Of a stretch of 64,000 bases of DNA, positions 62,936-64,000 are shown one piece after another. The stretch is from Alphaproteobacteria bacterium. Lineage in GTDB: Bacteria > Pseudomonadota > Alphaproteobacteria > MPNO01 > UBA2964. The stretch is taken from positions 99,881 to 163,880 of the forward strand of contig WLWZ01000004.1 in the NCBI GenBank assembly GCA_012103315.1, written 5' to 3'. The number at the start of each line of letters is the position of its first letter. Position 1 is the first letter of the stretch. A model generated the notes under the pieces. That model saw nothing but the letters and a program-made list of their open reading frames with translations. It searched no databases and was not told the DNA's origin. The translations under genes and the position numbers were made by a program.

Positions 62936-63859
62936 ATGACTGAACCCGAAAATCATCCGCAAAAAGCTGGCGGGCCCATTGCTTCGGCATGGCAATTTGG
63001 ACCGGAAGAGCATTTGATCTCCGTGCGGAATGCTGAGGCTGTTCTTGTGCATTTGCCGCTATTCCTCGGGGGCTGGCCAATGCAAGGGCTGGGCCCTGCC
63101 CCCGAACAGCCTTACGACATCGATATTGTAGAAAATAGTGATGGCTCCATGGTTATTCGACTAGCGGGACCGGGCGGCAATGATATGGAAATGGATGATG
63201 CGTTAGATGCGGCGAACAATTTCGCAGGCGCCCTGATTGGTGCCTACATCGCTCGTCAATCGGATACTATTTGTCTCCATGCGTCTACGGCGTTGGTTGG
63301 TGGTGGGCTTGTTGTTTTGGTTGGAGATTCATTCTCGGGAAAAAGCACGACCTCTTTGCAGCTGGCGTGCGCCGGGTATCGGTTTTTTGGTGATGACCGT
63401 ATTGCCATTCGCTGGGACGACGAGTCTTTGCCAATCGGGCAATGCCTGGGACTTATGCCGAAAATGCGTTTGCCATTGCCGCCAGATTGCGGTGCGGCGT
63501 TTGCAGAATATATAGAGGGGTTTTCTGAATTACAGGATGAGGAGGCGGCTTATTTACGGCTTGGAGACCAGGAAGCCGCGGGATTTGGCGAAGAAGCGCC
63601 CATCAAAGCGCTGATCGCCCTCGACCGACGAGATACCGGCGATTCAATCTTTGAGGAAGCGCCACGACCACAGCTTGTTAAATCTCTTCTATCGCAGGTT
63701 TATGCACCGCATTTGGCAATTTCAAACTTGGTTCCGTCAATGAACCGGTTGGCGTCTCTTGTTCCGTGTTTTACGTTGCGATTTTCCAATAGTCGGGAAG
63801 CGGCGCAGATGATTGCGGCGCGATTTCGTGAACGACCTCCGGAGACAGGCAATGGCTAA
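62936..63859 (+). CDS. HPr kinase-related P-loop kinase
   Basis: LHAS, Walker A GDSFSGKST and FFGDD motifs; unrelated N-terminal region. Confidence 0.75.
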   Translation: MTEPENHPQKAGGPIASAWQFGPEEHLISVRNAEAVLVHLPLFLGGWPMQGLGPAPEQPYDIDIVENSDGSMVIRLAGPGGNDMEMDDALDAANNFAGALIGAYIARQSDTICLHASTALVGGGLVVLVGDSFSGKSTTSLQLACAGYRFFGDDRIAIRWDDESLPIGQCLGLMPKMRLPLPPDCGAAFAEYIEGFSELQDEEAAYLRLGDQEAAGFGEEAPIKALIALDRRDTGDSIFEEAPRPQLVKSLLSQVYAPHLAISNLVPSMNRLASLVPCFTLRFSNSREAAQMIAARFRERPPETGNG

Positions 63860-64000
63860 AGAAAAAACGTTTCGGCGGAATCCTGACGTCACTGAAACCG
63901 ATATAGATGAAGAGATTTTTCTCGTTGAGCCAGAATCCGAAGAGGTCTTTTATATGGATACGGTGAGTGCGGGGCTCTGGCGGTTGCTGGCGGAACCATC
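63852..64000 (+). CDS. PqqD-family / RiPP recognition element protein, 3'-truncated by the window edge (not in the ORF track)
   Basis: ATG at 63852 overlaps the kinase 3' end, GGAGA RBS; manual translation MAKEKTFRRNPDVTETDIDEEIFLVEPESEEVFYMDTVSAGLWRLLAEP. Confidence 0.75.
   Translation, partial: MAKEKTFRRNPDVTETDIDEEIFLVEPESEEVFYMDTVSAGLWRLLAEP

Noticed and set aside
62936-63859. Canonical PTS HPr kinase (hprK)
   Set aside because: It is about twice the length of the usual short alphaproteobacterial HprK, has no chvG/manX/npr neighbours in view, and is followed by a PqqD-like gene.

Overview
Gene-dense core chromosome of an alphaproteobacterium, probably Rhodospirillales-like. This is inferred from the gene repertoire and order (irr, regB/regA, olsB/olsA, ubiE-ubiB-coaBC-dut) and from CtrA-type boxes. 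About 68 CDS were found, mostly housekeeping: tsaB-rimI, fur-olsB-olsA-miaB-phoH-ybeY-corC-lnt, metK-trmB, rimP-nusA-ylxR-infB-rbfA-truB-rpsO-pnp, fabA-fabB-fabI-irr, rubrerythrin/Fe-S oxidoreductase/DUF3501, coaBC-dut-moeB-dsrE, ubiE-ubiB, mutM, rpsT, dnaA-dnaN-recF-gyrB, PBP1A, senC and regB-regA. I saw no rRNA, tRNA, CRISPR array, transposase or prophage. The most interesting points are: (1) an HPr-kinase-like gene and a PqqD/RRE gene, missed by the ORF track and cut by the window edge, tightly coupled downstream of regB-regA, suggesting a redox-linked RiPP-type module; (2) an orphan CADD/PqqC-fold di-metal oxidase behind moeB-dsrE; (3) a two-gene islet with a sigma54 promoter between ubiB and coaBC; (4) a degenerate CbiB-like membrane protein paired with an exported ankyrin protein; (5) a Cys-to-Arg change in the MutM zinc finger; (6) a probable non-canonical trmB start; (7) several CtrA boxes in front of uncharacterised genes. 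All calls come from reading motifs by eye with no database searches. Several start codons were moved relative to the ORF track.
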